This document shows, one piece after another, positions 20,863-30,753 of a stretch of DNA of 64,000 nt (position 1 is its first letter; the number at the start of each line of letters is the position of its first letter). The notes below the pieces were generated by a model, which worked only from the letters and a program-made list of their open reading frames with translations, did no database searches and was not told where the DNA came from. The stretch comes from Bacillota bacterium (lineage in GTDB: Bacteria > Bacillota > Ch66 > Ch109): the NCBI GenBank assembly GCA_050952625.1, contig JBMNLH010000004.1, positions 64,001-128,000 on the forward strand. Reading direction: 5' to 3'. Both the position numbers and the translations under genes were made by a program.

Positions 20863-23800
20863 TTAGCCTACTGACTCACTTTGGGGCTGAGCACCAGTAC
20901 CGGCCCCGGTCAATCTTCGCCGCAACCGATTCTTCACGCGGTCTCCCAGGTCGTCGAACAGGGTATAGACAACCGGCAACAAGACCAAAGTTAAAACCGT
21001 GGAGACCGTCATGCCGCCAATTACCACGATCGCCATCGGAGCCTGGGCTTCAGCCCCCTCGCCAATACCTAGAGCTAAAGGAAACATGGCTAGGATTGTG
21101 GCCATCGCGGTCATCAAGATTGGCCGCAGCCGAACAGGCCCGGCGGTGAGAATCGCTTCTTTTCGTTCCATGCCCCGACCCCGCAAAGTATTAATATAGT
21201 CCACTAACACAATCCCGTTGCTGACCACAATCCCGGCCAGCATAATCAGGCCGATAAAGGCCGGCACGCAGAAGGTTTTCCCGGTTAAGACCAGACCTAA
21301 AATCACCCCGATAATTGAAGTCGGCATGGTGAACATGATGACAAAGGGATACAGGAATGACTCATACTGCACCGCCATCACCATGTAGACCAGCAATATG
21401 GCTAAGGCCAGAGCATACGTCAGGTTTTGAAAGGCGTCAATCATCTCTTTGTTGTAACCACCAAACTCAATGGTGTAGCCGGGCGGTAACACGATGTTCC
21501 GGCAGCGGGACTCGATCTCCTCGTTCACGCTCTTTAAGTCTCGACCCACAATATCCCCGACCACAGTAACCACCCGGACCTGGTTTTCGCGCTCAATCGT
21601 CGTAGGCCCCACGCCATACGATAAGCGGGCGACTTGCTTAAGCATTACCGGGGCCCCGCTTGGGGATTGAATAACCAGGTTTTCCAGGTCGCTAAGATTG
21701 GTCCGAGATTCTGGTCGCAGTCGTACCCGGATATCAACCTCTTGATCATTTGTCCGGTACCGGGTTGCTACTTGACCTTCAACCGCTGTCTTCACCGTGG
21801 ATGAAATCTGCAGGGCCGATAGACCATAAACAGCTGCTTTCTGGCGGTCGACCAGGACCTGTACCTCTGGGGAACCCGAACTAAGCGTGGTGTCAATCTC
21901 GCGGGTGCCGGCTACCTGCCGGGCCTCAGCCGCCACTTTTTCAGCCAATTCTTTTAAAATGTCCAGGTCATCTCCCTTGATGGCTATGCTAATCGGCGAA
22001 GTGCCGCCCATGCCGTGCATCATTGGGTCACTAACTGAGACCTCTATGTTGGCCCTCGGCAGTCTCGAGAGCTGATCCCGGATGTCATCGGCCACTTCAC
22101 TAACACTCCGTTTACGCTCAGCTAGCGGAACCAGCGTGACCCGAATCTGGGCAGTATCTGTCTGAGTGCCGAACTGCCCCATCATCGTGCCGATCGATCC
22201 CACACTGGTAAACACCCCCTCTACCTCCGGGATCTGGTTTAAGACTGCTTCCACTTGCCCGGCAACCTGATCGGTCCGCGCTAAGACGGTCCCTTTATCC
22301 AGCTCAATGCTCACAGCGATCTCGCCGCTATCCATGCCGGGGAGAAACTCGGCCCCAATCAGGGGAATGAGGGCCAAACTGCCGACCAGCATTACCGTTA
22401 TCCCGAGGATGATGGTTTTTCGGTGTCCCAGGGCCCATTTCAGCACCCGCAGGTAAACAGTATTCAAGTAATCGATCAGCTCACCCCAGCGATTGAGCAG
22501 GCGACGATAACCCCGTTGTTGGCGCGGGTCGGCCGGGTCATCCACGGTCAGCATTTTGGAGGACAGCATGGGCACCAGGGTTAAAGCAACCAGGAGCGAA
22601 GAAAAGATCGCAAAAGAAACGGTCAGGGCCAAATCCCGAAAGATCTCGGCCGAAAGTCCCTCGATAAAGACAATCGGTAAAAAGACCGCCATCGTCGTAA
22701 AAGTGGAAGCCATAACCGCGTTTCCGACTTCACTAGCCCCCAGCCGAGCTGCTTCATACAGACTGTACCCATCCTTACGGTACCGATAGATACACTCCAG
22801 CACCACAATTGAGTCATCCACCATCCGGCCAATCCCTAAAGCTAACCCTCCCATAGAGACCAGGTTAAAGGTTATCCCGGCAAAATACATTAAAATGAAA
22901 GTCGAGATAATGGACAGGGGAATCGCTACGGAAATAATAAAAGTGCTGCGGATATTTCTGAGAAATAAGAAAATAACCAAAACCGCCAGGACTGCCCCTT
23001 CCACGGCACTCCGCTGCACGGTGCTGATGGACTGGTTGATAAACTGGGATTGGTCGAAACTATACTCAATCTCAATGTCCTGGGGAAGCCGAGAGCGGAG
23101 CTGGTCAATCTCCTGTTTCAGCTTATCCACGATTTCGACCGTATTGGCGTCGGATTGTTTTTGAATGTGAATCCCAATGCTAGGCTTGCCATTCATGCGC
23201 GTAAGCTGGGTCTGGTCCTTAAACCCATCCGTCACCTCAGCCACATCCCGCAGATAAATGGTGTTCCCGGCCATGGATATCAGCGGCAGATTACGGATTT
23301 CCTCGATGCTTTCAAACTCAGCCAGGCTGCGCACAAATAATTTTTTCTGGGCATCGGTTACTTCGCCGGCCGACTGGTTAAAGTTATCGCTGCGCAGCAC
23401 CTGGGTAACCTGGGCCAGGGATAACCCGTAGTTCTGGAGTTTAATCGGATCAAGCTGCACCTGAACTTCGCGGGTTAATCCCCCGGTGATGGTGACTGAA
23501 GCAACCCCGGGAATTCGCTCCAGGGTGCTTTTAAATTCCTCTTCAGCGATCGTTTTGAGCTCTACCAGATCCTTGGGCCCACTCATCCCGATCTGGACGA
23601 TCGGCATCATTGATGGGTCCATCTTGACTACCGTAGGGGTATCCACCCCATCCGGCAAATACCCTTTAATTAAATCAACCTTTTCCCGAATCTCCAGACC
23701 GGCAAAGTCCATGTCTTTGCCCCAGTTAAATTCGACCAATACCATGGAAGTGCCGGCCTGGGTCGATGAATAGATATTCTTCACGTCGCCAATTGTCCCG

Positions 23801-24012
23801 ACAATCTCCTCAATTGGTTGGGTTACCTGAGACTCGGTCTCCTCCGGTCCCGCCCCGGGATAGGACACGATTATCCCGGCCATCGGGAATTTCATCTCTG
23901 GGTAAAGATCAACCGGCAGTTTGCCCAGGGAGACAGCACCTAGCACAATAACAATACTGACGAGCATCAAAATGCCTACCGGCCGTTTAACAGCAAAGTC
24001 GGATATTTTCAA
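20863..24012 (-). CDS. RND efflux permease (AcrB/SwrC family)
   Basis: 1049 aa; VDDSIVVLE, RLRPILMT and two large external loops. Confidence 0.95.
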   Translation of the reverse strand: MKISDFAVKRPVGILMLVSIVIVLGAVSLGKLPVDLYPEMKFPMAGIIVSYPGAGPEETESQVTQPIEEIVGTIGDVKNIYSSTQAGTSMVLVEFNWGKDMDFAGLEIREKVDLIKGYLPDGVDTPTVVKMDPSMMPIVQIGMSGPKDLVELKTIAEEEFKSTLERIPGVASVTITGGLTREVQVQLDPIKLQNYGLSLAQVTQVLRSDNFNQSAGEVTDAQKKLFVRSLAEFESIEEIRNLPLISMAGNTIYLRDVAEVTDGFKDQTQLTRMNGKPSIGIHIQKQSDANTVEIVDKLKQEIDQLRSRLPQDIEIEYSFDQSQFINQSISTVQRSAVEGAVLAVLVIFLFLRNIRSTFIISVAIPLSIISTFILMYFAGITFNLVSMGGLALGIGRMVDDSIVVLECIYRYRKDGYSLYEAARLGASEVGNAVMASTFTTMAVFLPIVFIEGLSAEIFRDLALTVSFAIFSSLLVALTLVPMLSSKMLTVDDPADPRQQRGYRRLLNRWGELIDYLNTVYLRVLKWALGHRKTIILGITVMLVGSLALIPLIGAEFLPGMDSGEIAVSIELDKGTVLARTDQVAGQVEAVLNQIPEVEGVFTSVGSIGTMMGQFGTQTDTAQIRVTLVPLAERKRSVSEVADDIRDQLSRLPRANIEVSVSDPMMHGMGGTSPISIAIKGDDLDILKELAEKVAAEARQVAGTREIDTTLSSGSPEVQVLVDRQKAAVYGLSALQISSTVKTAVEGQVATRYRTNDQEVDIRVRLRPESRTNLSDLENLVIQSPSGAPVMLKQVARLSYGVGPTTIERENQVRVVTVVGDIVGRDLKSVNEEIESRCRNIVLPPGYTIEFGGYNKEMIDAFQNLTYALALAILLVYMVMAVQYESFLYPFVIMFTMPTSIIGVILGLVLTGKTFCVPAFIGLIMLAGIVVSNGIVLVDYINTLRGRGMERKEAILTAGPVRLRPILMTAMATILAMFPLALGIGEGAEAQAPMAIVVIGGMTVSTVLTLVLLPVVYTLFDDLGDRVKNRLRRRLTGAGTGAQPQSESVG

Positions 24013-25199
24013 CTTTTCGCCCCCTCGCTAACCGCGGTGGCTGCCCCCGGCACTATTTCAACTGCGGTCTGATCTTTAACGGTATTCTGTCCCACTGCCA
24101 CGACTTGATCGCCGGCCTGGACCCCTTCTACGATAACTACTGAATTAAGATCAGAAGCACCGGTTCTAACTTTCGCCTCGTAGGCCCGCCCATCTCGTAC
24201 CACGTAGACTATCTGCATGTCGCCCTTATCGACAACTGCCTCTTTGGGCAATATCAGCACGTCATTGAAAGCCTCGGTGGCTAGTTCTACTTCGGCAAAC
24301 ATGCCGGGCTTCAGCAACTGCTCTGAATTGGCGATTTGTATTTTCACCGGGAAGGACTTGCTCACCGGATCCGCTGCTGGCGCAATGCTGGTTATCTCGC
24401 CTTCAAAAGGTTCCGCCGCCGCTGCTGGGACCCGGATCTTAATCTTTTCACCAGTCTTGATCCGGTTGACTTCTCCTTCAGGCACACTGCACTCCACAAC
24501 CACTCGACTAATATCGACCAGGGTGATTACCGGGCCGCCAGGCATAACCATTTCCCCCGGATCAATAGTGCGGCTGGCCACCATCCCGCTGATCGGAGCG
24601 GTGAGGGTGAAGTTTTGCAGTTGGTTTTTAATCAAATCAAGGCCGGCTTCAGCCTGCTTAACCTGAGCATCCGCCAAACCCGAATTGGCCTGGTCAAAAG
24701 CCATTTGGGCCATTTCTAAATCCTTATCGGAAACTACCCCTTGGTTATGTAGTTCTTTTACTCTTTCCAGATTGACCCGGGCGTTTTCCAAAGTTATCGC
24801 GGCCAGCTGCTGGTTAACTTGCGCCACTGTTAATCCAGCTTCTGCCTGCCGCAATTGCGCTTCTATGTCAGTAGTATCTAACTGAGCCAGAACCTGGCCT
24901 TTCTGGACCGTATCTCCTACATCAACCGAAACGGACACGACTTTACCTGATACCTTAGGGGTTATCCCTACCTCCAGGTATGGAGTTATCTTCCCAGCCA
25001 AGGTTATGTTCCGCGTGATCGAACCTCTGGTGACTGTCGCGACCTGAACTGGCACCGGCCGTATCTCCTGTTCGCCAGTGGCGACTTCATTACGGCAACC
25101 CCATCCGGACAGGGGCAGAACCAACAAGGTCAGTACCAGAAAAAAACACCACCATCGGTTTTGTACTAAACCCCTTTTTTTTACCAGCTTACACCCCAT
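24009..25199 (-). CDS. RND membrane fusion (adaptor) protein
   Basis: Lipoyl-like halves (VDVGDTVQKGQVLAQLD; APISG), coiled coil, LKPGMF. Confidence 0.93.
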   Translation of the reverse strand: MGCKLVKKRGLVQNRWWCFFLVLTLLVLPLSGWGCRNEVATGEQEIRPVPVQVATVTRGSITRNITLAGKITPYLEVGITPKVSGKVVSVSVDVGDTVQKGQVLAQLDTTDIEAQLRQAEAGLTVAQVNQQLAAITLENARVNLERVKELHNQGVVSDKDLEMAQMAFDQANSGLADAQVKQAEAGLDLIKNQLQNFTLTAPISGMVASRTIDPGEMVMPGGPVITLVDISRVVVECSVPEGEVNRIKTGEKIKIRVPAAAAEPFEGEITSIAPAADPVSKSFPVKIQIANSEQLLKPGMFAEVELATEAFNDVLILPKEAVVDKGDMQIVYVVRDGRAYEAKVRTGASDLNSVVIVEGVQAGDQVVAVGQNTVKDQTAVEIVPGAATAVSEGAKS

Positions 25200-25230
25200 T
25201 ACCTTTTTACCCTCCTACCTTCTCTCCAGT

Positions 25231-25287
25231 ACCGACTGGTCAGTCATTACCCTCTTTACTATACCCTTCCAATTCCAAACTGGTCAA
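25231..25287 (-). promoter_or_regulatory. SigA promoter with downstream TetR-type operator for the efflux operon
   Basis: TTGACC-18-TATAGT (25287-25258); imperfect palindrome ACCGACTGGTCAGT (25231-25244). Confidence 0.6.
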
Positions 25288-25428
25288 TACTTTTCTTCAC
25301 AACCAGAGGGACGGTTCTTCCGGCCGGTTGGTGACCAAAGGCAACCAGAGGGACTATTCTACGGGTTGTGAAACCGGTTAAACAAGGTTAATTAACTCAA
25401 AAAATAAATACGTTTGTGTTTAACGCTT

Positions 25429-25658
25429 GTGTTTAAACTCGGTCAGTCAGCTGGACAGAGAACGAATCTCGTCGGCTTCAGACATTCATCAAACTCGCCC
25501 TGCGGGCTCAAACAGCGATGCTTCCTGTTCCTCAGCCCGCCTCGGTTCTCTGATGTATGATGTAAACTCGTTTCGAGCGTTGCGTTTGATTACAGGTGCA
25601 AGGCCTCAGTTCTCTGATATATAATGTAACCGCAATCGCTGACCTGCCGTTAAAACAC
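25429..25658 (+). mobile_element. Solo copy of ~160-bp element with internal duplication
   Basis: Same ends and CATCAAACTCGCCC-tgc-GGGCTCAAACA core; GCCTCRGTTCTCTGATRTATRATGTAA is duplicated; a further degenerate left end lies at ~25687. Confidence 0.8.
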
Positions 25659-25794
25659 TGCGCGATCAATATTACGTGTTCTGAATGCTTGTGTTTTCGG
25701 TCGGTCAGCCGACTAAGCCACGAGTCAACTCGTTCAGCTTCGCTGATCATCGAGGCTTAAAATGAAGGCTCTACTCAGCCTGAAATTTTAAACA

Positions 25795-25834
25795 AAAAAC
25801 CCCAGTTAATAGAAATGGGGGTTCTTGATTCAGA
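25795..25834 (-). repeat. TCTGAATCAA..CCC..hairpin repeat (IS-end-like remnant)
   Basis: Reverse complement tctgaatcaagaacccccatttctattaactgggg matches the copies at 29820 and 35436. Confidence 0.65.
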
Positions 25835-25837
25835 CGG

Positions 25838-25960
25838 TTAAGTCTCATGTTTTAAATCTCATTCTTATGTCTTATATTTTATGCCTCACGTTTAAAGTCT
25901 CACGTTTTAAGTTTCACATTTTAAGTCTCACAGTTTAAGCCCTCACGTTTAAGTCTCCCG
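25838..25960. repeat. Degenerate 7/14-bp tandem repeat
   Basis: taagtctcacgttt-like units. Confidence 0.75.
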
Positions 25961-25982
25961 CCCAACCCATTCCTGCTTCAAT

Positions 25983-26636
25983 CTATACAACGACTTTTTG
26001 GGCAGCTTCCCAATCGGCTAAAAACCGCGCAATCCCGGCATCGGTCAAGGGATGCTTAAGCATCTGATTGATAACCGCGTAGGGAATGGTGGCAATATGG
26101 GCACCCGCCCGAGCCGCCTGGGTAACGTGCATGGGATGGCGAATGCTGGCGGCAATTACCTGGGTAGATAGCTCATGTTGCCGAAAGATATCAACGATTT
26201 CCTCAACCAGGTAGATGCCGTCCTGGCCTACATCATCCAGCCGCCCCACGAAAGGACTGACGAAACTAGCCCCGGCACGCGCAGCTAACAAGGCCTGGTT
26301 AGCGGAAAAAATCAGGGTAACGTTGGTCCGAATGCCCTCTTTGGCTAATGTAGCCACAGCCTGCAACCCCTCTGCAGTCATGGGAATTTTGATAACAATA
26401 TTGGGATGAATGGCAGCCAGCGGACGAGCTTCTGCCACCATTTCAGCCGCCTCCAGGCTTAGGACCTCCGCGCTAATCGGGCCATCAACCACGGCCACAA
26501 TTTCCTCGAGAACCTGACGGAAATCTCGACCCTCTCGCGCAACTAAGGATGGGTTGGTGGTAACCCCGCTGATTATCCCCATTGACCAAGCTGCTCTAAT
26601 CTCATCCACATTAGCCGTATCAATAAAAAGTTTCAC
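25983..26636 (-). CDS. tal: Transaldolase / fructose-6-phosphate aldolase
   Basis: DTAN, GVTTNPS, IKIP and SPFVGR. Confidence 0.93.
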   Translation of the reverse strand: MKLFIDTANVDEIRAAWSMGIISGVTTNPSLVAREGRDFRQVLEEIVAVVDGPISAEVLSLEAAEMVAEARPLAAIHPNIVIKIPMTAEGLQAVATLAKEGIRTNVTLIFSANQALLAARAGASFVSPFVGRLDDVGQDGIYLVEEIVDIFRQHELSTQVIAASIRHPMHVTQAARAGAHIATIPYAVINQMLKHPLTDAGIARFLADWEAAQKVVV

Positions 26637-26682
26637 TGGTTTACTTCCCTACCTTCTTAAAGATGCTTTTGGGTGGCGGTGT

Positions 26683-27537
26683 TTAGACTCGGCCGTTGCT
26701 CCCGAAGAGGCGGATTTTTTCACGGATAATCTCGACCGTATTCTTCCGCGCTGGTCCGAGAATTTTTCGCGGATCAATTTCTGCTGGATTTCTTTCCAAT
26801 TCCCGGCGCATTGCCCAGACAAAGGCCTCCCGAATGTTCGTATCAATATTGACTTTACGGACCCCCAGCCGGATCGCTTCCCGAATGGCATCATCAGGCA
26901 CTCCTGAAGAGCCATGTAAGACGATCGGAATATTAACCAGGGTCCTGATCTTTTCTAACCGATCAAAGTCAAGCTTCGGCTCTCCTTTATACTGGCCGTG
27001 GGCCGTGCCGATCGCGACTGCTAGAGCATCAATCCCGGTTTCTCGGACAAAAATATCCGCTTCCTTTGGATCAGTAAACAAAGCATCTCGCTCATCAACT
27101 GTAATATCATCTTCGGTCCCCCCGATCTTGCCTAGTTCCGCTTCGACCGAGACCCCGATCGGCCGGGCTATCTCCAGGACTTTGCGGGTCATCGCAATAT
27201 TCTCGTCTAGAGAAAGTTTGGAGCCGTCATACATCACTGAACTAAACCCGCTGCGAATGCACTGGACCACCTGTTGAAAACTCGTTCCATGATCCAAATG
27301 CAGGGCTATCGGAACGGTGGCCCGGGCAGCGGCGACCGCCGCCATCGAAGTTATGTAATCTAAACCGGCGTAGGTAATTGCCCCTTGGCTGGCCTGCATA
27401 ATTACCGGTGACCGTTCTGCTTCGGCTGCTTCAACAATCGCTTGGGCGATCTCCATATTATTAGTGTTAAAGGCCCCGACTGCATACCCTTCTCTTTCTG
27501 CTTCGCGTAATAAGTCTGCTAGACTGACAAAAGCCAT
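26683..27537 (-). CDS. fba: Fructose-bisphosphate aldolase class II
   Basis: HLDHG, GTAHG, VLHGSSG and KVNIDT. Confidence 0.96.
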   Translation of the reverse strand: MAFVSLADLLREAEREGYAVGAFNTNNMEIAQAIVEAAEAERSPVIMQASQGAITYAGLDYITSMAAVAAARATVPIALHLDHGTSFQQVVQCIRSGFSSVMYDGSKLSLDENIAMTRKVLEIARPIGVSVEAELGKIGGTEDDITVDERDALFTDPKEADIFVRETGIDALAVAIGTAHGQYKGEPKLDFDRLEKIRTLVNIPIVLHGSSGVPDDAIREAIRLGVRKVNIDTNIREAFVWAMRRELERNPAEIDPRKILGPARKNTVEIIREKIRLFGSNGRV

Positions 27538-27656
27538 CTTGTACTACAGCCCCCCTATTTTTAGTTTTGGTTTCCGTTTAATTATTATCCCAGAGCTGAC
27601 AAAAAAAATGCTGGACCAGGCAATATTAACACTATAATGGCAATCCAGCATCCTTT

Positions 27657-28343
27657 TTATAAATTTCTTTTATTCCGTGATTGCGAAGACCGTCCGCCGG
27701 CCCCCCCTTGATCATTAAGTCGATCCAGATAATACAACTGAATCTGTTTTCGGCTGGACAGTGCCTGATAATCAATGTCTGAACAGACTGCCAGGTCATT
27801 CCAAGCACCACATCTTTCACAAGATAGGCGTAGTTTGTCTGGAAAGACCTCAATTGCCAAATCAAGCTGCTCACAGAGACATTCGAGCTGTTGTTTTTCT
27901 ACCATTTGTCTTACCCAGCTTAAGGCCGCATCCATGGCTGATGGATTCTCAAAATAATGGGTCGCAGAATCTCCGGTTTTCTTCTGAGTTACCCGATTTT
28001 GCTCAGCCTTTCTACTGGCCGCAACTTCTTCTTCGGGGCCCAGCAAGCCGATAACCTGTCCGTTAACCAGACATTTTAGGGATAGGACCCGACTCGGCCA
28101 GACCTGCCTGCGGTTCAGCAGGTAAAGATGAGGCTGATGGCAATAAGGGCAGTAAACTTGCAGACTGAAGCGTTTGTGATTGCGACTGCCCAAATTGAGC
28201 AGATGGGTACCACAGTTGCAAGTAATGCCTACCGATTGATAGGAACTAAATAGAAAAAGAGATAAATGATAAACTTCTGTACAACCGCAGACAGTACAAC
28301 CTAAATTAGCTACAGTAGTGGTTGGAATTACCATTGGGGACAC
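27657..28343 (-). CDS. Cys-rich hypothetical protein (multiple putative Zn ribbons)
   Basis: CTVCG, CNCG, CPYCHQPH, CLCE and CERCG. Confidence 0.75.
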   Translation of the reverse strand: MSPMVIPTTTVANLGCTVCGCTEVYHLSLFLFSSYQSVGITCNCGTHLLNLGSRNHKRFSLQVYCPYCHQPHLYLLNRRQVWPSRVLSLKCLVNGQVIGLLGPEEEVAASRKAEQNRVTQKKTGDSATHYFENPSAMDAALSWVRQMVEKQQLECLCEQLDLAIEVFPDKLRLSCERCGAWNDLAVCSDIDYQALSSRKQIQLYYLDRLNDQGGAGGRSSQSRNKRNL

Positions 28344-28432
28344 CCCCTCTGGGTGGAGATTTTACCTGATTAATACTTCTCCACAGGATTCAAAAATCCT
28401 TCCAGCAATGTGAGGTTTCTTAAATTCTGATT

Positions 28433-28816
28433 TCAGCCTTTAGGGGTTTTGCACAGGATACTTTTAATTAGCTCCTTAAGGTAATTCAAATCAAAAGGTT
28501 TGGTAATATAGTCCTTAACTCCTAATTTCCGCGCTTCCTGCACAACCTCTAATTCTTCATATGCCGTCATCATAATGACCACCTGGGCTGGATTGTCTTT
28601 AATAATCTGGTGCAGAGTTTCCAGGCCATTCATTCCGGGCATCTTCATGTCAAGTAAAACCAGACTAGGCGGGGACTCTTTAATCTTAACCAAGGCTTCG
28701 GCCCCCTCTTTGGCTGTATCTACATTATATCCCTCTTCCCGAAAAGTTTCCTGCAGGAGACGCCGTACACCGGTCTGATCATCTACTACTAGGATTGAAT
28801 ATTTACTGAAATCCAT
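28433..28816 (-). CDS. spo0F: Spo0F-like single-domain response regulator
   Basis: VVDDQTGVR, LLDMKMPG, MTAY and KPFDL; lies between pyrG and fba as in Bacillota. Confidence 0.8.
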   Translation of the reverse strand: MDFSKYSILVVDDQTGVRRLLQETFREEGYNVDTAKEGAEALVKIKESPPSLVLLDMKMPGMNGLETLHQIIKDNPAQVVIMMTAYEELEVVQEARKLGVKDYITKPFDLNYLKELIKSILCKTPKG

Positions 28817-28951
28817 TATAACCCCCCTTTTAAATCAATGAGTTAGACTACGAGTTATCGCGTCCCACAACCACGTCCCACATCTAATGCCTAACCCTTT
28901 GCGCCTCGGTTTCCAAGGCATGCTGCCGGCACAATAAACCGATCCCCGGTT

Positions 28952-29689
28952 CTATAATAATAATATCATGAGAAAGGCTAACAACATAAAAAGCAATACC
29001 CCGAACAAAATCAGCCCGGGCAATAAAAAGACCAACAAGGCCCGTCCAGTTGATAAACTGGTTGCCTCTCTAACCGTAATCACGCTCAAACCAGCAACCC
29101 AGATTCCGAGACCTAAAGACAACACCGTCAGCAAACTCGGTCCCCAGCCAAAAACATAAGCGAGATACTGAACCGGCAACAACAAGATGCCGGGTAATTC
29201 GGCAAAGCCCAGACCGGCCAGCAAACCTGATCCGTTACTGACTCCCCCAAAGAATTCTGCCGCTAGATTAAAGATGGCGGCCCCCAAAAACCACAATAAT
29301 AAGGAAAAGATAATTCCGCTCATTAATGTCAGGCCGGTCAGGTTGGTCAGGTTGGTGGTCAGCCGGGGTAAATCATGGGCTAGGGAGGGCGGCAGTTCGG
29401 TCAGCCATGGGCTTAGGGTCTCCGTTTCGATGGCCAGGATCAGATTCATATACCAACTTAGTACCTGGACCGTCAGGAAAACTAACAAGGCTTTGCCCAG
29501 CAACCTTCGCTGGGTAATCTGGCGAAAAGCCGTGGTCGGTTCAAACAAAACACCGTACAATAAATCCCACCAGCCCCAGGTTGCTGATGTTTCTGGGACG
29601 GATGAATCCGGGGTGGCTTCCAGTGGCAGAAAAGGCTGCTCTGAATTCGAGATTGCCGTCGGTTCCTCCCTTTGCTCCTCATTTGACAT
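28952..29689 (-). CDS. Yip1-family membrane protein
   Basis: LFEPTTAF start of domain, ~5 TM helices, LSTGRA. Confidence 0.8.
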   Translation of the reverse strand: MSNEEQREEPTAISNSEQPFLPLEATPDSSVPETSATWGWWDLLYGVLFEPTTAFRQITQRRLLGKALLVFLTVQVLSWYMNLILAIETETLSPWLTELPPSLAHDLPRLTTNLTNLTGLTLMSGIIFSLLLWFLGAAIFNLAAEFFGGVSNGSGLLAGLGFAELPGILLLPVQYLAYVFGWGPSLLTVLSLGLGIWVAGLSVITVREATSLSTGRALLVFLLPGLILFGVLLFMLLAFLMILLL

Positions 29690-29819
29690 ATCAGCACCCC
29701 CTTCCCTATTATTCGACGTGAGATATTAGCCCACAGGACGAGTTTGGTGACTGCCTGAAGCGTCGTCGTTCGATCTCCAGCCCAGTTTAGTATCAAGGTC
29801 ACAACACGAGCGTAACTTA

Positions 29820-29868
29820 TCTGAATCAAAAGACTCCCATTTCTACAACTGGGGGTTACCTTGCATAA
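29820..29868 (+). repeat. TCTGAATCAAAAGACTCC hairpin repeat
   Basis: Shares tctgaatcaaaagactcc...tgggggtta.ccttg.ataa with 35436-35486. Confidence 0.65.
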
Positions 29869-29901
29869 TCAGAAAGTATAAGTGCCCCCCATCCCCGGTC
29901 C

Positions 29902-30753
29902 CTAAAACAGCCAGGACCAGGGAGAAGCAACCGTGTACTCTTTTAACTGCGGTTCTCCTTCCAAGCCGGCCAGGTCCGCGGCGATTTGTACCGCATCGTA
30001 AAAGTTGCCTAGATCATCAACTAAACCGAGGTCCTTGGCCTGCCGTCCGGTGAGGACCCGACCATCAGCAATCTCAACTAATTTTTCGCGAGAAATCCGG
30101 TCCCCTCGCCCGGTGGCTACAGCCTCAATAAACTGCTGATAAGAATCATCAACGATAGATTGGGCGATCGCCCGTTCCTGATCGGTGAGGGAACGACTGG
30201 CTGAACCCATATCCTTATGGGTACCACTCTTGATTATTTCCGATTCGATTCCCAGCATGTCCATCAGCCCAGCAAAATTTTGAAATTCCATGTAAGCCCC
30301 AATACTGCCGGTCAGGGTAGCTGGGTTTGCGACAATCCGATCGGCCCCGGCAGCAATCAGGTACCCGGCTGAGGCAGTGACATCTCCCATCGACACAACC
30401 ACTAACTTGCCCGATTCCTTCAGCCGTCCGACTTCTCTGGCGATCTCCTGACCGGCTGCGGCACTGCCGCCAGGGCTGTTAATCCGAAGCAGGACCACTT
30501 TAGTCGCTGGATCGGCTGCGGCCTGACGCAGGCTGTCCATGATGTTCCGCAGACTGCCCGACCCGGTCATCCAGTTTGTGCCAAGGTCATCCGCCAATTG
30601 GCCTTCTATCCGCACCACCCCAATCGACTCGCCGTCGAACACTGAACCGCCACTTCCCGGCATTTTTTTATCCCGGGCGACCAGGGGAGCCATGACCAGG
30701 GCAATTAAGATACCGCCCAAAATCAAGCTTACGACAACTTTCTTAAAATTCAT
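29902..30753 (-). CDS. sppA: Signal peptide peptidase SppA (36K type)
   Basis: INSPGG, ASAGY, TGSIG, KSGTHKD and DGRV. Confidence 0.93.
   Translation of the reverse strand: MNFKKVVVSLILGGILIALVMAPLVARDKKMPGSGGSVFDGESIGVVRIEGQLADDLGTNWMTGSGSLRNIMDSLRQAAADPATKVVLLRINSPGGSAAAGQEIAREVGRLKESGKLVVVSMGDVTASAGYLIAAGADRIVANPATLTGSIGAYMEFQNFAGLMDMLGIESEIIKSGTHKDMGSASRSLTDQERAIAQSIVDDSYQQFIEAVATGRGDRISREKLVEIADGRVLTGRQAKDLGLVDDLGNFYDAVQIAADLAGLEGEPQLKEYTVASPWSWLF

Noticed and set aside
20105-21149. ORFs 20105-20311, 20271-20477, 20580-21149, 20594-20848 and 20658-20855
   Set aside because: They are translations of the repeat or of the A/T-depleted segment, with no RBS or recognisable protein features
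28860-28935. c-di-GMP-I riboswitch upstream of spo0F (CCTTGGAAACCGAGGCGCAAAG)
   Set aside because: Only a partial first-stem resemblance; the GGCAAA start and the second stem with its tetraloop receptor are missing
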